Shown: positions 59,502-64,000 of the stretch, piece by piece
Layout: each line of letters opens with the position of its first letter
How positions within the stretch are numbered: the first letter of the stretch is position 1
NCBI GenBank assembly: GCA_004431415.1
Contig: QPMI01000063.1
Span: forward strand, 1 to 64,000
Reading direction: 5' to 3'
From: Cyanophora paradoxa CCMP329
Lineage: Eukaryota; Plantae; Glaucophyta
DNA length: 64,000 nt
Program-made: the position numbers and the translations under genes
The notes under the pieces: generated by a model
The model's input: the letters and a program-made list of their open reading frames with translations, nothing else
What the model was told of the DNA's origin: nothing
The model's database searches: none

Positions 59502-62500
59502 ATGGCTTCCGGCCCGCCGGCGTCTGGGCGCGGCTCCTCGGCCCCGCGCGGCTCCTCGCCCCCGCGCAGCTGCCGCCTCGCAGCCCGCAGGCTCCAGCTC
59601 CAGCTGCGCGGCCTCTTCCAGATCGCGCTCCTGGCGATGGGCGCCCGCCAGCTCGGGCTCTACGTCGATGCAGCTCCGACAAGAAGTGCGAGCCTCGGAA
59701 TTCTCCCCGGAATCCAGAGGTCTGGGTCGTTGACGTCACCTTGCAGGCGCGCAGATTTGGGGGAATTATTGGGACGTGAACTGGGGTTGGGGCGGGGACA
59801 CGACCTTCATGTTCTGGTGCGTATCAATGTTGTCAAGCGGATCGCTCACGGGGTCTGCTCGCTCACGAGGTCGGCTGCTGCTGCAGGTTGAAAATAAACC
59901 AGGGACAGTCCAGGTACACCGGCATTTTGGCCTTCAGAGATGTGCGCGAAGTTCGATTTCGGGACTGAATTGAACCCGGAATCCGACTGGCTGCCCTCAG
60001 ATATGGAAATATCAGCCGATTCCAGGGTACGATTTCTACATTGATATGGACCAAGAAATGTCGCTGTGGTTTGCGCCCAACCGCACCTGACCATGCGCGT
60101 AACTCCGGAGCCTTGTCTCAATGTTTGATCCTGCAGGTTCTGTCCGGAAAGCGACCCCTGCGACGCAAACGGAAACGTACTGGCGGGGGGCGGTCAGAGA
60201 TACGCAGCGGGGTACACGTCATTTCTCTGGTCCTGGTGAGCGGATCTGTTTCTCTTTTCATGCAGCTTCGAGATCGCATGGAGATGAAGTTCATTCTCGC
60301 GTCTCTAATTCAAGAACTCGCCCAGTACCTACTGCGATGGCGGCACTAGCGGGTTCCAGGTCTACATAACCGGTACATACGGTTTCAAGGTGCGCAACCC
60401 GCAATGTGCTGTGAAATGCAAGCATGTGGAGCCCTTCACGCGCTGTTTCCCATTGGTCTACAGATTGGGGAGTGGACGGTCAGCGCGTGCCGTGCTCGCG
60501 TTCGATTTTAGGGCTCTGTGCTGAAGCCGCGCGGGGCGATCGTTGTTTCGGCGCAGCACTTCGCGTTCACGCACGGAGGTGGGGGTCTCAATTTCTACCG
60601 GAACGGCCAGCACATTGGGGGATACGGCCGCCCCGGTGGACTGCCGTGGAGTGAGTCCGAATTCAGTCCACCTCTCGGTGCCGGTGCGCCGGCTGAGCGC
60701 GGCGCGCAGAATCGTGGGCGACGTCGCGAGTGTGGACCTCCTGGAATGCCGGGAACACCATCGCGAACGCGCGGGTCGCCTACTTCGGGTGGTACAACAG
60801 CAGGCTCTCCGGAACCGAGATATGGAACGCCTACGCGAGCAACGCCGTCGCGACGAACCGGGGCCGCTACCTCGACTATCGCATGGACATCTTCGACTGC
60901 GTCTTCCAGTGCGGCGCCAACGCCGTCTGCGATCGGGTGCGCCGCGCGGCGTGCGCTGCCGGATGGGGCCCGTCTCTGATTGCTGCGCCTCACGTGTTTC
61001 GATCGGCAGTCCGGTAATGGGAGGCATCGAGGCGCAAGCCTTCCCGACTGCCCGCCGCGATATTCGCCCTCGCTCGGTCGGCCGTGTCTTACGAAGCTCA
61101 ACCTCCGGAAGCTTTTTTACTGACGCTCCGTTTGCTGATCGTACAGATACCGGTGTCGTCTTGGGCACGAACAACGGCGCCCAGGGGCCGAGGTCCCTCG
61201 CGATACCGGCCCTGACCTTCGGCGGGAACGTCGTGCTCGAAGTGTGGATGAGGCCGCTCCAGGTCCCGGTCCAGGGGGCCGTGCTCTTCGACTTCGGCAA
61301 CTACGACCCGCTCTCCGCCTCGACCAAGTCGAACGTCGACTCCCTCGTGCGCCGCGACCGCGACCCGCTTCCGTTCAGCGGGGTTGTTTCAAGCTGCTCT
61401 GACCGGTCGATTTTCGAAACAGATCATCAGCGCCTGCACCACTCAGTGCACTGTGCGGGCCTGATCCGTCACTCAAGCTCGCTCTGTGCGTTTCTGAGTT
61501 CACCCGGCAGGTCGCATCTGGACGTTTCGCACTGCGGGTCGAGGTTTTCGATGGGTCCACCCGCGTCGGCCAAGTGGACGTGTTTACTGGTAGCACTAAT
61601 GGAATAACGGTGAGACCCTGTTGCGATCGCACTCACACCTTTGCGCTTGCACTTTCACTTTGATTTCTTGCACTGTGAGTTAGGCTCCTAACTGGCGGAC
61701 GTCAACGCGCAGATCGGGGGGTCCTGGCAGTACATCTGGCTGGAGTTCGGCCCTCCCAACGCGGCGAGCGACAGCACCCTGAAGGCTTACCGGGACGGCC
61801 TCCTCATCACGACGACAACCATCAAGTCCATCAAGAGCGTCGCGCACACCACGAACTTCATTGGAAAGGGGAACGAGTGGGTGTGTGCATGCCAATCGTT
61901 CGCCTCACCGGGTGATCGCGTGCGCCGCGCATTCTATTTAGCTAACGCTGGCGAGATGTGTAGGGGAGGCCGTTTTTCCACGGAATTATCCTGACCGAAC
62001 TGCGCCTCTGGAGCGGCACGCGGACGGACGAGCAGGTCATGGAACACTACTTCAACGTCGGGCCGACGCGCTCCTCGATCCATCTGCACTACCCCTTCAA
62101 CGACTGCGCGATATCGGGGAGCGGGACGCGCCGCGCCCTCGACGGGTCCGGGAACGTCCGACACGCGCTGGCGAGCTATCTCATTCCCTTCCCTCGCCGT
62201 TTTGTCGCACGTTTTCTTAACGTCATCCGCAGGTCAACGACGACGCCTACTTTGCTTGCCCGGCGGGCGCTTCCGGCATGACCATCCCGGCGCCGACCAT
62301 CCTGACGGCCTCTGCCACAACCTCCACGAGCGTCCTGGTCTCCCTGACGTGGCAGACGGGCAGCTTCATCGCGAACGTCGAGGTCCGCTGCGGCGGCCTC
62401 GGCGGCCCGTACCGCGCGGTCAAGGCCGTGGAAGACGCCGGGGCGGCCGCGGGCGAGACATTCATCCTCAACACGGTCCCCTCCTACGAGGGCTCGTACA

Positions 62501-64000
62501 CGCTCACGTGCACTGCGCTGGCCAGCACGCTTTCGGACGCCTTCTCGGCTGCCTCCGCGAGCGTCGCAGTCAGCGTGCCGGCGGGCGGCTCGCTTCCCAC
62601 GCAGTCCGGTGATTGCTGTCTCTACATTTTCGTATACGCTATTCGATTTCGTACTCACGCCGCCCCCGTTGCAGCGCTCCTCCCCGCCGGGAACAGCAAG
62701 GTGTACAACGTGTACAACCGCCCCCTCATCGACATCGACGATGAGGACGTCGACCGCGAGCTCGTCTACGCCGCGCCGCTGCCCAGCTACCCGCTCGGCA
62801 GCCGCGCCGCGTCGACCCGCATGGCCCTCGTCTTCAGGAAGGGCCGGGACCTCGTCTACTGCGACTACGACCTAAAGTCCTCGCTCTGCACGGCCCTGCA
62901 GCGCTACTCGGTGAGCGCGCGCGCGCAAGAGCCCGCCGCGAGCTCTTGCTGGGAGACCCGTTGTGACCGGTCGCGCGCAGGGCGTGGTTTCGGAGAGCTC
63001 GCAGTTCGCGTTCTCTTCCATGCTCCCCTTTTTGGCGGTCGATCCCGACCGGCGGTTCTCCCCGCACGCCCTCGAGGCGCACCAGGGCAACTGGATCTGG
63101 GGGGCGACCTCTGCGAGCAAGGCAGACCTGCTGGGGCCGACCCTGGATTCGTGCCTCCAGCCGCCGGCCGCCTGCTCCGACGCCGCCTGCCACTACTTCG
63201 CGGCCCAGAGATGGGCTGCGTACGCCTTCGACGGGTCGTGCGACCCCGGCGCGCTCGGCGCTGTGCGGCCGTGGCCGAGGGAGGTCTGTTCCTCGAGCGC
63301 CGGCGATCCCGACCCGTATCTCTTCATGGACATCGCGCGGAACTTTTCCCACGACTTCCGCCTGTTCCACGCTCTGTACGGGCAGAGATTCTATGACGCG
63401 GTGCGTTCGATTTGTGCAGCTGCAGGTTGGGTGGGAGGCCCTCTCAACTCCGGTGCGGCGCAGACGTCTGGGCCGAAGGCCGCAGCGGCGGAGGGAGGCT
63501 GCGCTGAACTGTGGGCTGTCGCCCTCGGGTCGGTTTCCATCTTCACGCCCACGGTACGAATGATGCCACAAGTCGCCCGTCGAATCCGCCCCCTGTGCTC
63601 ACTCGTGGCGTACAGACCGCCCCGGATGCTGATTCGAGCAAGCTATCAAGGGTTCAGGCGAGCCAAGCTTTTCTAGCTCCAAGCATGCATGCTCATGGCT
63701 CTGCTCACTGCGATCCACAGACCGAGTACCTGAGCCTGCTCGACTCCCAAGGGGCGGGCGACGCCGATATGGACTCCGGGCTCGGCTTCGAGTCGTTTGC
63801 GAACGGCTACTTCGCCAAGGAGTGCACGCCCTGTGAGCACCTCGCAGCTGCTCTGGCCTTTCATGACCTATATGACATTGCCACCGCAATTACCGCAGTC
63901 TACGACGCGGAGCCGGCGTCGGTGGGGCGGTCGACCGGCGGCTCGCGGGCGGCGGAGGACGTGCAGGGGAGCTACGGGGAGAGCTTCGAGGCGCTGCTGC
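59502..64000 (+). CDS. Large putative secreted/surface protein with LamG/ConA-like domains (multi-exon, runs off window)
   Basis: Hydrophobic N-terminal stretch; FYRNGQ, VAYFGWYNSRLSGTEI, LEVWMRP...VLFDFGN, LKAYRDG, TELRLWSGTRTDEQV; Cys-rich linkers. Confidence 0.55.

Noticed and set aside
14715-64000. Assigning the host species
   Set aside because: GC content, intron style and element content fit several protist lineages; no diagnostic marker is present.

Overview
Eukaryotic (protist-like) DNA with three compartments. (1) 1-~14714 is an AT-rich, intronless, densely packed endogenous DNA virus of the Polinton-like virus (PLV)/Maverick type. It carries a double-jelly-roll major capsid protein, two head-to-head penton-like minor capsid genes, an A32-type packaging ATPase cut off mid-gene at the host boundary, a zinc-ribbon/Vsr-like endonuclease, a patatin phospholipase-discoidin fusion and a ~5.8 kb modular fibre gene (His-x-His repeats, LamG, duplicated modules, C-terminal peptidase S74 chaperone). 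Many frameshifts break these genes. (2) ~14.7-46.4 kb and 59.5-64 kb are very GC-rich host genes with many short introns: SNAPC4-like Myb protein, phosphatidylserine decarboxylase, F-box protein, a hypothetical helical protein, ZNFX1-like helicase, MFS transporter and a LamG-domain protein. Many introns use GC donors, and three genes are saturated with a sense-oriented GTACCCC motif. (3) 47193-55908 is a complete, young tyrosine-recombinase (DIRS-order, PAT/Ngaro-type) retrotransposon with split direct repeats, an RS-domain ORF1 and a possible UCC-UGA +1 frameshift site. All calls come from motif reading by eye, with no database searches. Gene ends and exon boundaries are approximate, and host identity cannot be determined.
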